Positions 33,401 through 47,039 of a DNA stretch of 64,000 bases are shown piece by piece. Both the position numbers and the translations under genes were made by a program. The DNA lies in IMG/VR virus record IMGVR_UViG_3300045988_050969. One strand, 5' to 3'. A model generated the notes under the pieces. It had not been told where the DNA came from and did no database searches. It worked only from the letters and a program-made list of their open reading frames with translations. Each line of letters begins with the position of its first letter. Position 1 is the stretch's first letter. The stretch is from a virus.

Positions 33401-35242
33401 ATTGTATGCTCTAGTTTTACCTCCAGGAGTTTTCCATGCTTTATCTACAGCTCTAGCAATAGTACGATCTATAATACCATCAGCTGCTGCATATAAATCA
33501 TCTTTACGTAATCTATCAATTACAGTAGTTTCTAGTCCAGAGGATATATTACGATTACCTACAGCTCTTTTAGCAGCTTTCTATAATCCAAAGTAGTTCT
33601 TCATATATGAACCACCAAACATAAACATACCTTGAGCTAAGTCAGATAACATTAAAGCTTGATTAGTCTATCTAACTACATCTAGACCTTTTTGAGAATC
33701 ATTTACTAGCTAATTAAAATTAGCGTCGGGAGTGATTATATTCTGTGATAAAGCGTTTTCTAATACTTCATAATCTGTCATTTCAGAAGTATCAAATCCT
33801 CTGGCTTTTAGCTACTCATCGGCAGATTGTATTACACTGGGAAGATTAATTCTCATCTAATCTGCGCCTTCTAATACTCTCTACTTAAATGAATCAAATA
33901 CTTCAGCTTGAGTTTCTGAATTACGAGTGTAATTAGTAATAGCAGCTTGAGTAGCTAATTCTGCAGCACCAATTAATAAAGGAGCAGTACCACCAGAACC
34001 TGCAGCCATAACTGCTTTAGATGCCCATTTGGCAGCCATGCTAGTACCAAATTGTCCTAACATAGCTCCAAATTCAGAATAACTAGTACCTAACTCTGGT
34101 AATGCATAAATCCAAGATTCTGGATTAAATGCAGATATTTGATTATTCTCTTGTTTTTCTCTAAACTCAGCAGATATTTTACTTGGGTCATACAACCAAT
34201 TACCGTGCTTTAAAGTATGTATCATACTTTGTATCTACTGATTTTTATCAGCTAAACGAGAACTTACAACCTTTTCAGCATTATTAAGCTATTCAATCTG
34301 TTTTGCTAAATTGCTGCCTTGGTTTTTACTACTCCACATATATTCTATTTGATCTGGAGATAATTGATGAGTTCTCCCAAAGATTGCATCGTTTATACCG
34401 TCATTAGCTAATAAGTGCTTAAAGTTATTACCAGGATTAAGATCACCAATATAATCTTCTGCTAGCCAGTCAAAACTATAGTATTTCCATAAGTCTGTTA
34501 CAGAACCAAATTTATCAGTACTGAATAATTTACCAGGTCTAGTCTCATAGAATATATCCTGTAAATACGGATTAGTTCTAGCTAGCTCTTTTAAACCAGG
34601 TTGATGATATATGATGTTACCGTTCTAATCTAATTGGTTTACACCATTTTCTATATTCTTAATATTATCTTCTAGTTCAATTATTCTATTCTGAGCTGAT
34701 TGAATTTGCGTAGGTGTCCAATCTGTTGCAGAATCAATCTATCTTTGTAAATCAATTAATTCTTGTTTACTTGTAAGATAATCTTTAGCTAGATTAATAG
34801 AATTTAAATAGTTAGCTTCACCCTCTCTAACTTCATTCTATAATCTACTTAATTTAGATTGATCCTTCTTTTCCATAAAACTACGATATACATCTAAAGC
34901 TTTTATGTCTCCAGACTTCTCAGCTTCATCGTACATATAGTCTAGGACAGTGATATTCTTATCCTTATCATCTGCGTCTTCACTAGACTGAAGTAATTCA
35001 GGCATACTTCTAGATGTCCACCAATTAGATATTCTACTTTTACTATCTTTTGTAGAATCTTCATTAGTAGTTTTATTATCGTAGTTTATATCGTTCTCTC
35101 TATCTTCTAATCTTCTTTGGTAATAATCTGATCTAGAATCGTATGAATACCCATAATCACCTTGTAAGGTATAATTAGGGTATTCACTAGCGATATTATT
35201 ATCTGTATTTTTACCTAGAGTATAGTTCTATTGTCTACTCAT
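21437..35242 (-). CDS. giant virion protein (4601 codons, TAG as sense) containing a crAss-type two-barrel RNA polymerase DxDxD motif
   Basis: 18 ORF-track fragments (22286 through 33881) share one phase and each ends in TAG. Start is ATG 35242, stop is TAA 21437. DFDVD lies at 24323-24337, and an acidic low-complexity linker at about 31260-31730. Internal gene boundaries cannot be excluded. Confidence 0.6.
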
Positions 35243-35251
35243 AATATTATA

Positions 35252-36826
35252 TTAAAATAGTCTGTTACTTTCAGATTGAGCTTGCATTACATCTCTAATG
35301 TCTTGTCCTATGTTTCTACTCTTAGCATGTAACGCATCATTCTCAACTGCTTCTAAACCGCGTCTGGGTACAACCGTACTTACTGGAATTCTTAAATAAG
35401 TACCTTGTTTAAGAGCGGTATTAATCGAAGTTCTAGTTTCACCATAATCATTTGTAGATTCAGTTACTCTTACCTGATCTTCGTCGAGATTTACCCAATC
35501 TCCTTGTACTTCTGCTAGATCTCTAGCTGTATATTTACCTTTATCTATTTCTGATTTAGGAATAAAAATGTATTTATTATGGAATATGTTTGAACCATCT
35601 GTAGTAATATTCGGAGTTCCAGCTACTAAGAAATTCTTAAACTGCCCCTTTTCAAAATCATCTTGTAACTTACTACTACTACCAATCTTTCTATCCATTA
35701 AATTCTCAGCAAGACGTTTTCTAAGTAAGAACTCAGAAGAAGAATTACCTACTCTCCAACCTTGAGAAGTCATCTTACCCGTCTGAGTTCCTTGAGCAGT
35801 TAATACTTCGTTTGCCTCAGCACCTATACCACTACTTAAAGTTCCAATAACATCGTTAATTGCACTATTTAAACTGTTATTAGTTTTAGCACTAAGAGTA
35901 AACATATCATTGAGTTTCTTTCTAGCATCTTGAACTGTAGGTGCATCTTTTAAAGCTGAAGCAAAAGTATCTCTTGCTGTTAACTCTAATTGGTCAGTTA
36001 GATTAAGTAAACGATTCTGTTGACTTCCTGCGCCTGCTCTTCTAGCTAATGCTACAGCCATTGGATCACGTTCTGCTTGGTCATAAGCAAATTCTCTACC
36101 TGCTGTAATAAGTGTTCTATTAAGTTGCTCTTCAGCATCCTGTCTACTAAGACCTTGTCTTTGTAATACTTCTAAATGCTTTTGATATTCTGGGGTATTC
36201 TGTATACTAGATAAGTTTCTTTGTATTTCATAATCTGTTCTATCAGTAGAAACTCCTTGATGAATCCATCCATCTTTAACTCCCATGAAACTAGCTTTCA
36301 GATTATCTACATATGGTCTCACTAAGTCTACTTCAGATTTATAAGCTAAAGGAGCTACGTCATTAAATATTCCACTATCTACTGTGTTATAGTTAGTGAA
36401 ATCCACATCATGCCAAAGAGGATTATACATCCCCTTTATCATTAATTCCTAATTAGCCTTTTGTCTTGCTAGCATTCCTTCTCTACTTTGCTTTAAATTA
36501 CTAAGAGTAGCATAATCAAGATTAGCAATACGAGAATTTAATCTAGCTCTAAAGTTAGCATCTTTCATAGCATCTGGATTAGTAGCAGCTTCATCTATTA
36601 AGTCTCTTATCTTTCCTAAAGAGTTCTCATAGTATCTCTAAGTATCTACAGCAGAAGGAGATTGAAATTCTCCAAACTTACTAACGGTATTAGTAAATTC
36701 ATTAGCAGCTTGTTCAACAGCTTGTCTTTGTGCCTAACCTATTCTATACAATTCACCAAAATTAATTGGTACATAGGTATTCATTATAGGAGCTTCTGCA
36801 GCTCTATCATATCTATTAGCTTGCAT
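35252..36826 (-). CDS. virion structural/cargo-like protein (524 aa, TAG as sense)
   Basis: ATG 36826 overlaps the upstream stop (TAATG). In-frame TAGs occur in the N-terminal 130 codons. TAA stop at 35252. Function not recognised. Confidence 0.6.
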
Positions 36827-38691
36827 TATTTACCTCCTTTTCTACTTATTGTATTACGATTAGAATTCATCAGAGCCTTGAGATCATCTTCAGTAAAACC
36901 AGCTTGCAAGAATCTTTGATATAGAGGCCACATTTCCATATCTCTAGCTTTCTGATTACGCATCAATTCTCTATTCTGAGCCCATTGACTTAACTGACTT
37001 AAACCAGTCCTACGTATATTTCTAGCAGTAGCTCTATTCTGAGCATTAGCTTCATTAGCCATATTCGTAGCATTAACCCATTGCTGTCCTAAACTATTCA
37101 TAGTATTAGCATAATCACCTAAGTACTGATTGTTAACATTACTTTCTTGAGATCTTAAACTAGCTATAGCTCTGTCAGTATTAACAGCTGACTGTAATCT
37201 ATAAGCTAAATTAGCTCCAGTACTAGTATTAATCTGACTAGCATTATAATTACTAGTAGCTCTATTACGGTTTAAATCTTCAATAGCAGGACTAATATCA
37301 TATCTACGTCTACGCATCGTATTACTAATACTAGTAGCATAAGGATTATATACTGCATCAACTGTTTCAGGTCTACCAGTAAATAGATTAGACATAACAG
37401 GAGTTAAAGAAGCTATCCCTGACAAAGCAGAACCCCAATTAAATTTATTATTATCAGGCTCAGGTTTACTATAAGCATTACTTTTAGGTAAAGTAGTAAC
37501 CTTATCTGCTTGAGAAGTAAGGGCGTCTCCTAAACCTACCATTTCACTATTAGTAGCAGTTAGTAACTCTGGATGTTTTGGTTTCAGCGGATTAACTGTA
37601 CCATACCAAGTAAACGGTAATTCTGGTTTACCTTCATCAATTAATCCTGTATTCGTAGAAGTAGAAGTTGCTTTACGTCTACGTGTTGGAGTACTAGTAC
37701 TTGCTGTAGCTGTATTTGATGCAGTTGGCACATGATACCATTGATTATTACCAGTTCCCCACTGTACACTAGCTCCCCATTTACGATTAGGGTTATAGAT
37801 AGCATCTACTATTCTATCTCCTAAACCAGGTTTAATCTCATCACCTAAAGCAGCTGCTTGTATCTACTTAGTCTTAGGTTTAATACCTTTACTTTGTTTA
37901 ACAGATTCCTACATAGCAAATAACTAATCATGAATCATATTATTATTCATTTCATTTAGTTTTGCTGCATTCTCTGCAAATCTGTCATTATATTTACTTT
38001 TCTTCTTTGCCATCATTTTCTCACCAAGTTGTGCAAATGTTTCTTTTCTACCAGGTACTTTAAGCTTATCACTTAATACTCTACTACCTTCAGGTAAACT
38101 AACTAAATTACTGTCAGTAGGTTTATTATTCTCTGGTACTTTACTTATACTTCCATCGGGAGTCTATATTAATTCACCATCATCTACATACGCTAGAGAA
38201 GAGGACATTCCTCCATTAGCCATAGTATCTGTATTCATCCCTATCATATCTTCATATGCTTCACTTTGTAGGTAATTAGTACCTTGTACAGCGGCTCTAT
38301 TACCATAAGCATTCTTCTTAATTGCTGCTCTTTTCCTACGAAGTTTTCTATTACTAAATGCTCCAATTAGACCACTACCAAGACTACCTTCATCATAATC
38401 AGTAAAAGAAGTCATTCTAGCCTCTTCACCGGATCTACCTATTAGCCCTATACCTGCTCCTACTGCAGCACCAATTGGACCAGCAACTTGGAAACCAGTA
38501 GCTGCACCACTGGCTATGTCACTTACAGATTGTGCAGCAGCTTGCCCTCCTGTAGTAGCGTTAGATTTCTAAAAAGGAGTAGTTAAAGTATTTAATATAT
38601 CAGGAGCATTTTCAAGCATGTTATTCCCAATTTCTTTGAATTGAGTTCCAAATGCATATGCTGGTACTTTTGTTTTCTTTTTACTTTTCAT
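36826..38691 (-). CDS. internal virion/cargo-like protein with Gly-zipper segment (621 aa, TAG as sense)
   Basis: Fragments 36826 and 38164 share a phase. Features: N-terminal MKSKKKTK, the Gly/Ala-rich hydrophobic stretch GAATGFQVAGPIGAAVGAGIGLIG, and a T/S/R-rich region. Confidence 0.55.
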
Positions 38692-38692
38692 A

Positions 38693-41600
38693 TTAAATTA
38701 ATGAATTTCTGTATGTTGTTGTAATCTATGGTATTTCAAAAGTATGATCTATATCAGAATCTAACTCATAATCGCATATCATATACTTACCTCTTAACCT
38801 AGCAGGTAACGATAACGCATCTTCATTCTTATCTGCTCTAGGTATAGGGAATCTAAATGTATCTTCTCTATAATCAGTTATTATATGTTGTTCAGGAGTA
38901 ATAACATTACCTTCTTCATCAAGTTCTTCTTCAGTATGCTCTCTAATAGCTTCTTGATGTTTGGTACTGAATTTCATATAATCTATGATATCGTCCTTAA
39001 TAGACTCTTGATTACCATCTCTAAACTCTCCTTGTAATCTAACATTATCAAATACTTTAGTATAAGGAGCATTCTTATTAATAACTATTTCTAATTTAGC
39101 TTTTCTATCTAAAGGAGTTAACCCTATTACTCCAGTATCATGTATAGTATGCAATTCATTGTCTTTTATTGCTACTACTCTATCAGAAATAGGTAACGAC
39201 CATTTAGGATTAAATGTATAGAAAGATGTAAATCTACCTAACTACTCATTAAATACTAGTGGTTTATTTAGTACATTAAACCATACCTCATTATACTTCT
39301 TATCAAATAAAGACATAGCTTTAGCTCTATCTTCTTTAATGTTTTTATTAAAGTAAGATTGTACCTGCTTTTCTTTAGATAACTAACTTACTTGACCTGT
39401 ATAAGAACATATTTCGTTCTTATCATAATCGTACCAATAAAGCACATTATCTGAATTAATTATACTCTTGTCATTCTTAATAGACGAACCATTAGTAGTA
39501 GTTACGTAGTCGAATCTACTTAATATACCACCAGTACCTAATACTAGTTGATTTACATTATCGTCAGTAATAAGTGATCTTTCATTGACAGAAGCTACTC
39601 CTACTCCAGTATCTTGGAAATAGAATAGTCTATCTTTGAATACTTTTAGATTGGTTATGTCTCCCCACTGATTATCTACATCTAAGTAATCAGCTACTTT
39701 GAATTTAGACCACTAATCTATTACTTCATTATTAGTCTTAGCCTATGAAGTTAATATTCTATTAGTATACCTTACGTCTTTATCAGCATACATAGAATTA
39801 GGTACATACAATTTACCAGTATTCTATACTGAGTAAACAGAATTATATACAAAGTAAGGAAGATCCTGTACGTGTATATCTTGCATCTGTGTAGGTTCTA
39901 ACTATAACCAAGAGTCTGCAAAGTTTGAACTAGTTACGGTTCTATGAATCTAATCACCGTGGAATAAATTCATATTAACAGTACTCTCAAATGGTATATA
40001 AGATCCTATGTAGTTTTTCATACCATCCCATTCCTTAGCATCAGGCAATTGGAACAACATAGTATTAGGATAATCTAACAGGCTTAGATAAGTATCCCCT
40101 CCGAATACATATTTACTATCGTGTGCAGATATACTTATATATACTGAATTCTATCTAGATGAAAACGTATTACCACCATATATGGAATTACCATCACGTT
40201 TAATATTAAATACAGGAATAGCATTAGTAGCATCAAAAGGATGAAGTTCAGAATACTTATTAGTAGGTACACTATTAAAACCTGTAAATGTATTACTTAA
40301 TTCAGGCACATGAGCTATGATACATGGACCAGCTGGACCTTGTAATGACTGATTGTCGTTATGAATAAAGTCAGACATAGAATAATTAGTATAAGTTCTA
40401 TTACCAACATTTATTCTTTTAGCTACAACATCAGGAGCTCCATACATATTATAATCTATATTAGGCGGATATTTAGCGTCTTCTATATATGATATATCTT
40501 GAGACTGACCAAAGGTTGGAATAAAATATTTAGCTATAGATGCTCCGCGATATACCTTCTTGCCTCTACTATCCTAATAAGGAAATCCTACTGCTAATAC
40601 GTTAAGATCCCATCTTCTACCATAACCTACGTATGGTACAGTATCTTGTTGTAATACTTCTCCGTTTACCTAGGTAACATAATCTGCTGCAGCGAATATA
40701 CTACGGCTTACACTATTACCTATAGTATTACCATTAGTGTAGTTGTCTTTAAAATCATCAAATTTGCTATCGTTTACTTTTCCACCAACGAATGGGGAAT
40801 AGTATGAACCAATTCCATCTAAGTACACACTACCTTCAAATAGTCTAGTTGCATCATCTCCTTGTACACATATCTCTGGAGATACTAGGCGTATATAATC
40901 ATTTGCCCTCATATTAAGAGAAAAGTTACCAACGTCTTCAGCTGTACCTGTCGATATTGCTAACTGTTCACCAATTAGACTACAGAAAAAAGGAGTAGGT
41001 CTCATCTCAACGCTGCTATCCAATTCAGTACCTTGTCCTACATACTTATCCTACTCTTGAATTCTATACTCGTACACGTAACTACCTACAGTTTGCATAA
41101 GTACAGTTCTATCACGTTCAGTTCTATCACAACGAACTATTTCATAACTTACTGCGCCAACCGGCATTTTCTTTACTTTAAATTCTATACCTAAAGCATT
41201 ACCTATAAGAGTATTGTTCTCATATCTAAATGGAGGCATTTGAGAAGCATGAGGCATTCTAATGTCGCCTATCCAGAGTACAGGAGAAGCTACAGATTTA
41301 TCATTATAGAATATTATACCAAATCTATATACTTCATCTCTCTAGTATCCTCTATAATTAGCAGCTATATACGGATCAGCGTAATTAGGTATATATGGAT
41401 TATTCTTCTGCTCTTCAGTAGGCTGTACTATTTCAGGCATTTTATTATCACCCCTGTTTATATACCTAGTATTATTTCTAACAGTAGGTACATCCATACT
41501 ACAGGATTGATCCAATCTAAACTTATCTTGTTTACTACTTAGATTTATATCTGTAGTTACAAAGGAATACTCTATATTAATACCGTAACCACCTAATTCA

Positions 41601-42865
41601 CCATCTTTATTGTATATATATGTATTCTAAGAATTAGATGCATCTTTTGTATACTTTACATTATTAAATGGATTTATACAATCGTGAGTAGTAGGAACAC
41701 GTTTAATAGCTTCATCATCTGTTATAGACAGACGAATATTATTACTATCTAAACTAGATAACAGCTATACACTTCCTTCTGAGTTAGCTCTATATGCTCT
41801 AGCATCATAGTCATTACCATCTTCATCTTCTGGTATCCAAGTATTCTCTGTTACGTTAGCAGCGAATAATCTATTTTGCATTTTAGCAAGAGTCTACGCT
41901 ATAAACTAATAACCAGTCATAGCATTAAACTCATCTATAGATATATCGCTTAATGTAGAACCATAATCTACATACTGAATATCTGTTTGACCATCTGGAA
42001 TATCTATTTCATCTACTATACTAATAACAGGAGTAGAGTTATTCTGTTCATAAAATAGGCGTATTACTCTTAACTTATTGAAGTCCTAAAGAGATAGCTC
42101 AGTAGATAACATTACTGATTTGTTAGATGATTTATTCAAGCCAGTACCTTTATATTCAGAACTACCTTGGCTAGTTACACTATTTGTTAAGTGAATTAAC
42201 TCACTCATTGGAGAAGTAACAGTTTCAGTACCATGCACATTAAATAATTGATAACAATATGTTACCATTCCAGCTTTAAGATTACCTTCAGATAACCAAC
42301 GGAATTTAAACGGCAATAAACTTACTACTGGAGTTATTTCTAATGAACCAGGATTGATTATATTCCCATTCTCATCTATAAGATTAGAATTGTCTATATA
42401 CTCATTACTCATTATGTTAACAATCTTAATAGGACTGTTTCCATCAGTAAAGTATATCTTTATGTTAGTATCTGATTCATAGTTACCTACAATACTTAGT
42501 GTGGGATTCTTAGATAAATCTTCACACAACCCTAGAGCTCCTTTACATACTAATTTGATTTGAGGCATATTACTATCAAACCCCATTAATCTGTATATCT
42601 TATTAATGTTATCAGATGTTTTAGTTATTACTACTGCAATATCATTTATAGTAGTAGTACCTATTATAGTCTCATCTTTAGGTATAATAGTATCGTATCT
42701 TCTAGGGTTCTCTATACTTTGTAATACTCCTGTAGTTCCTCCATCATTAGTGATAACACGAACATCCTCAGCATATCTATACTGAGTATCCGGTATCAAA
42801 TTTACGTCCTAGTCCATATTAAGACCACCCGTAAATGTATTAACTTGTGCAGTATTACTTATCAT
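38693..42865 (-). CDS. large tail-associated structural protein (1390 aa, TAG as sense)
   Basis: Fragments 38726, 40151, 40670, 41051 and 42086 share a phase, and all breaks are TAG. True stop is TAA 38693. Its size and its position upstream of the cargo/RNAP genes resemble the crAss tail muzzle region (inference only). Confidence 0.55.
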
Positions 42866-43791
42866 AATCTATTCTAATTATAAATATTTTGTTCATCTCC
42901 ACTAGTAGAAAAGAACATACTATGATCATTAATTTCAGGGTATAATTTAGTATAGATATTACTAATAGTTTCTAAATCGTCTACAGTGGGCATCATCGCT
43001 TCTGCATATGCCTACTTACGATAGAAGTTATAAGAGTTACGTATATCATAGTAATCTCCTTGACTTATCTGACCTTTTAACTTTTTAGGATACATTAACT
43101 TCATAGTAACATACCAGTATATAGCTTCTTTATAAGATTCTAAATCTGGTATCATTGGCATACTATCTTCATCAGTATATATAGCATAGTAGGATATTTT
43201 AACAAATCCTCTAGGCATGCATGTATTAATATAACCAGGTTTAGTAGTATATTGTAATTCATTACTAAACATGGTGCCATCTCTATGATCTACTACTCCA
43301 GGAACAAATTTACCATTTACTGTACCTACTGTCCATTGATTAAGTAATATACTTAATGTTTGCCGTAAGTTAGTGTCTTCATTTAACTTTTCTAATGCTT
43401 CTCTATCAGTATTTAAATTGAACATATTCTTTACTAATGGAAACATTGCAGTATCTGGAATTAACATACAAGGTTCATTACTGCATTCACGGTCATGGAA
43501 TACACCAAAACTAGAAGTAGCTTTCCTCATAGGTAACCATCCTCCTCCATTACAGAATGAAAATGCTACTTGACCTAATTTATATAAATCACAAGGTAAA
43601 GCAACCTAATGGCATTCTATTGGTAGTATAGCTACCTTATGCTCATACTATTGTATAGCTCCTATCTTAAGAATGGCTTCCATGCACCACTCGCGCATAT
43701 CTGTAATTCGTATATCAGATTCTTGTAATTGCAAATCCGCGATCACTTTAGCAATAACTGTGTTTGAGGATATCATTCTATTATTTATCAT
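42862..43791 (-). CDS. virion structural protein (309 aa, TAG as sense)
   Basis: ATG 43791 overlaps the upstream TGA (ATGA). In-frame TAGs at 43648, 43606, 43012 and 42874. TGA stop overlaps the next ATG. Confidence 0.55.
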
Positions 43792-44249
43792 TTCTCAGGA
43801 TAATCTCTTAATCGGTTAAAAATCACTTGTGCCAACTCTCTTTTGCAATCTCTACATGCTATAAATTGATATTTACCTTTATTAGTTAGTAAGCATCCTT
43901 GTTTAGACCAGAAGAATCTGTACTTATAATAATTACTGTGTTCATTAAGTAAGTACACGGGCTTACCAGTTTCTCTTGTGGCTTTCCAATCCCATCTAAG
44001 ACTCTTATTATCAAATGATTTAGGTAAATGTTTAATTATACTCAAAGTACCTAACCTACATGGTAACTTTACTTCTTTACATTCATACATTATTTCGTTT
44101 TTAATGTATTTAAAGTAATCAGTAACTATAGCTTTAAAAGTCTTTAAATCTACATCGTACTAAGTATTAGGTTCTATGTACTCCTTATAGCTTATATAAT
44201 AATCGGCAATAGTATAGCACTTTCTCTAATATTTTAATCTCTCTCTCAT
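43788..44249 (-). CDS. hypothetical protein (153 aa, 2 in-frame TAG)
   Basis: ATG 44249 overlaps the upstream TGA. Ends at TGA 43788. Extends ORF-track fragment 43788..44090. Confidence 0.5.
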
Positions 44250-44890
44250 TTATTATTAACTCTATTCTGCGTATCATCATGTGCATCATTACTATCATCA
44301 CTAGGCATAGTAATCATAACAGATAATTCTCTTTGCATTATCATTTGTGTTATTACTGGTATCATTGCAGATGGTATAGGAAATTCACTATCTGGATCAA
44401 AACAAGCGTTGAGTTCTGTGGGGTCTTCGGCTATTACATCTACGCTGATATACTCTAGCTGATTAGAATCTCCATCTACATATATTCTATTGTTTTTAAC
44501 CCATGCGATGTAATCTTTACATGTAGCCTTTCTATACTTCTATAATTTAGCTTTAGTACGACTACCTATCTAAATTATATTACCAAACATATCACGTACA
44601 TTTATTACTCCAGGTCTATAGTTAAAGTCTATTAACTTAGGGAGTTCTTTATCTCCTACATAAGTAAAGTAACCTGGTACAGTTTCTTCACGATCTAAGT
44701 GGATAGGTTCTATAGTAGTAAGATACATATCATTTATATCTCTGTCTTTATCTATGTCTTGCTTTATTAACATAGCTCTGTAACCTATAATCCACTTTTC
44801 AATTTGTGCTCTACTTAAATGCTCAGACTCTGCAATATTATTATTGCGAGCAATAAGTAGAATATTATCAATTAACTAGTTAAGTGTCAT
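44246..44890 (-). CDS. hypothetical structural protein (214 aa, TAG as sense)
   Basis: ATG 44890 is the first gene after the intergenic gap. Contains fragment 44570..44773. Stop is TGA 44246. Confidence 0.55.
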
Positions 44891-45010
44891 ATCTTATTTC
44901 TAATAATGTTATAAAGCTTAAAACGCATTTTAAGGCCTTTAGAGACACTTTACGTATTGTAGCTTACAATCCCTTACCTTAACTAATAGCGTTTCTTACA
45001 CGAGCTTAAA

Positions 45011-45042
45011 ACAAAAAAAGGTTGATCTTATTGACCAACCTT
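45011..45042 (-). terminator. intrinsic terminator on the minus strand
   Basis: AGGTTG (45019-45024) pairs with CAACCT (45036-45041). The minus strand then reads TTTTTTTG. The stop codon of the upstream gene lies inside the hairpin. Confidence 0.65.
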
Positions 45043-45591
45043 ATCCATTGCATTCTTCATATCCTAAGGAAGCATTTCCTTCATAGGTGGTGGCACCATC
45101 TAATTAGCTTTCCTTATTATATTTTTTAATTCGTTAACTTCTTTCTATAACTCTATTATCTTATCATTCTCTTTAGCTGGTTCATTATCTACTCCAAGCT
45201 TATCTAACAGAGTCTAACACTTAGCCATTTCTTCATCGCATTTAGCAATGGCTTCTTTTCTTTGTTTGTAAGTATTATATTGATTACGTACTATACTTAT
45301 AATTTCCTATTTATCTGTAGCTATAGTAAGTCCTATAGCATTGTCTGTTATAACTGATTTGTTCTCAGGTATAGTAAATTTCTTAGTTTCTCCATTACAC
45401 TAGATAGTTATATCTACTACTTTCTTTCTAGGTTGATTAGGCATAGGAAATTGCCCAGGTGGTAGTGGCTCATCATATACTGCACTTACTTGAGTAACAG
45501 AACCTTCATTATACTCAGTAGTCTTTTTGAATGTCCCAACCACTTCTATTATATATACTTTATCACCTATATTTAATTGATTGAATAACAT
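45028..45591 (-). CDS. hypothetical coiled-coil protein (187 aa, about 6 in-frame TAG)
   Basis: Extends fragment 45400..45591 in the same phase to TAA 45028. Confidence 0.5.
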
Positions 45592-45607
45592 AATAAGTTA
45601 GTTTTAA

Positions 45608-45626
45608 GGGGCTCATTTAGAGCCCC
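45608..45626 (-). other. GC-rich hairpin after gene 45635..46075
   Basis: GGGGCTC (45608-45614) pairs with GAGCCCC (45620-45626). No clear U-run on the minus strand. Confidence 0.35.
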
Positions 45627-45634
45627 AATTTGTA

Positions 45635-46075
45635 TTAAGCTGCCGGTGTAGCCGGTACTACTATATGATTAATTACTTGGAAGATTCCGTCACATTTGTT
45701 ATAGTATATAAGATATCTGTTACCAGTTGTAATTTCATTATTTGTCATTTGAGCTCCGGAACCATTTAATAGAGCTTTTGCTCCAGTAGATGTAATAACT
45801 GTAGTTGTATTATCAATCTATCTATTAGTAAAGCTAGTAGGATCTAAGAATACTAAATCCGTAGGAGTAGCTGCACTAGCAGGAGTAGATGTTACATGCA
45901 GTATAAATAAACCTTGGCATGGGAGTTGTCTCCACAGTTTAGGACATATACCATAAGTAACTGAAGTAGTCGTAGTATCGGTAGTAACATAGTTAGTTCT
46001 CAATACTGGAATACCAAAATTATCTACAGTTCTTACTCTACCTCTATTAAAGTAGTTTAAAAAAGGATAAAACAT
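45635..46075 (-). CDS. hypothetical small structural protein (146 aa, 1 in-frame TAG) with strong Shine-Dalgarno
   Basis: AAAGGAGG lies 5 nt upstream of ATG 46075. Fragment 45818 continues in phase to TAA 45635. Confidence 0.55.
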
Positions 46076-46092
46076 AGCTGCCTCCTTTCTTA

Positions 46093-47010
46093 TTAGCAAC
46101 CGCATCCGCAACCGTTATTATAACCGTAGCCGTAGCCGTAGCCATAATCATTCAAGCCACCCTGACAACCAAAAGGATTGCAAGTTAAGTAAGCAGGAAC
46201 AGGACACGGACGAATTTGATTAACGATGTTTGCAGTTTGAGCTTGCTGAGAAGCAGACAATTGTAAAGCTTGTTTATCTTCACGCAAAGCATCGATCTTA
46301 TTCTGCATTTCTCTCATTTCGAGTTGACAGAACTTATCATTGATAATTTGAGTCTGTGCATCTATCTTAGCACCTACAATATTAAACTTAGATGCATTAT
46401 CAGCCATTAAAGAATTGAATCCATTAGTAATAGCGTTCTGCAGTGTGTTAGTCTGATTGCATACAGACAGCTGATTTTCATAACCCATCTTAGTGATGTT
46501 GTTATTTACACCGCTAATAGATTCTCTAACATTGCAGCAGCAGCTAGCTAACTGAGAAGCCAAGCTTGCATTACCAGAAGTAATAGCATTAATTACTTCA
46601 CAGCTAGACAATTTAGTATCGCAAGAAATCTGGCTTACTCCAGAATTGATAGTGTTAAGAGCTGTCTGAACAGAGTTAATATCACAATTCAAAGTATTAG
46701 CCAAGTTATTGATGGCATCTTTATTACCATTAATAGCCTGCATCAACAGATTAGTGTTAGCGTCACTGTTCAGTTCAGAAGCAAGAGCACCAGCGTTACG
46801 TCCGCCGAAACCATTACCACCGAAACCACCCCAGCAGAAGAAGATCAAAATGATCCAAATCCACCACCAACCGCCGTTTCCACCGAAACCACCGTTGTTC
46901 ATCATAGCCATCAAAGCAGCCGGATCCATACCTTTATTAGCGTTTTGCATTAGAGCAGCAAGACCAGCGTCAATACCGCGATCCTGCACAATAATTCTAT
47001 CTTCTAACAT
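46093..47010 (-). CDS. Gly/Cys-rich membrane protein of unknown function (305 aa, no TAG)
   Basis: Intact in the standard code. Features: hydrophobic WWWIWIILIFFCW flanked by GGFGGNGG repeats, a Cys-containing coiled region, and the C-terminus YGYGYGYGYNNGCGCGC. Locally higher G+C. Confidence 0.65.
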   Translation of the reverse strand: MLEDRIIVQDRGIDAGLAALMQNANKGMDPAALMAMMNNGGFGGNGGWWWIWIILIFFCWGGFGGNGFGGRNAGALASELNSDANTNLLMQAINGNKDAINNLANTLNCDINSVQTALNTINSGVSQISCDTKLSSCEVINAITSGNASLASQLASCCCNVRESISGVNNNITKMGYENQLSVCNQTNTLQNAITNGFNSLMADNASKFNIVGAKIDAQTQIINDKFCQLEMREMQNKIDALREDKQALQLSASQQAQTANIVNQIRPCPVPAYLTCNPFGCQGGLNDYGYGYGYGYNNGCGCGC

Positions 47011-47039
47011 AATTGATTTAATTTAAAAATTGATTTTTA

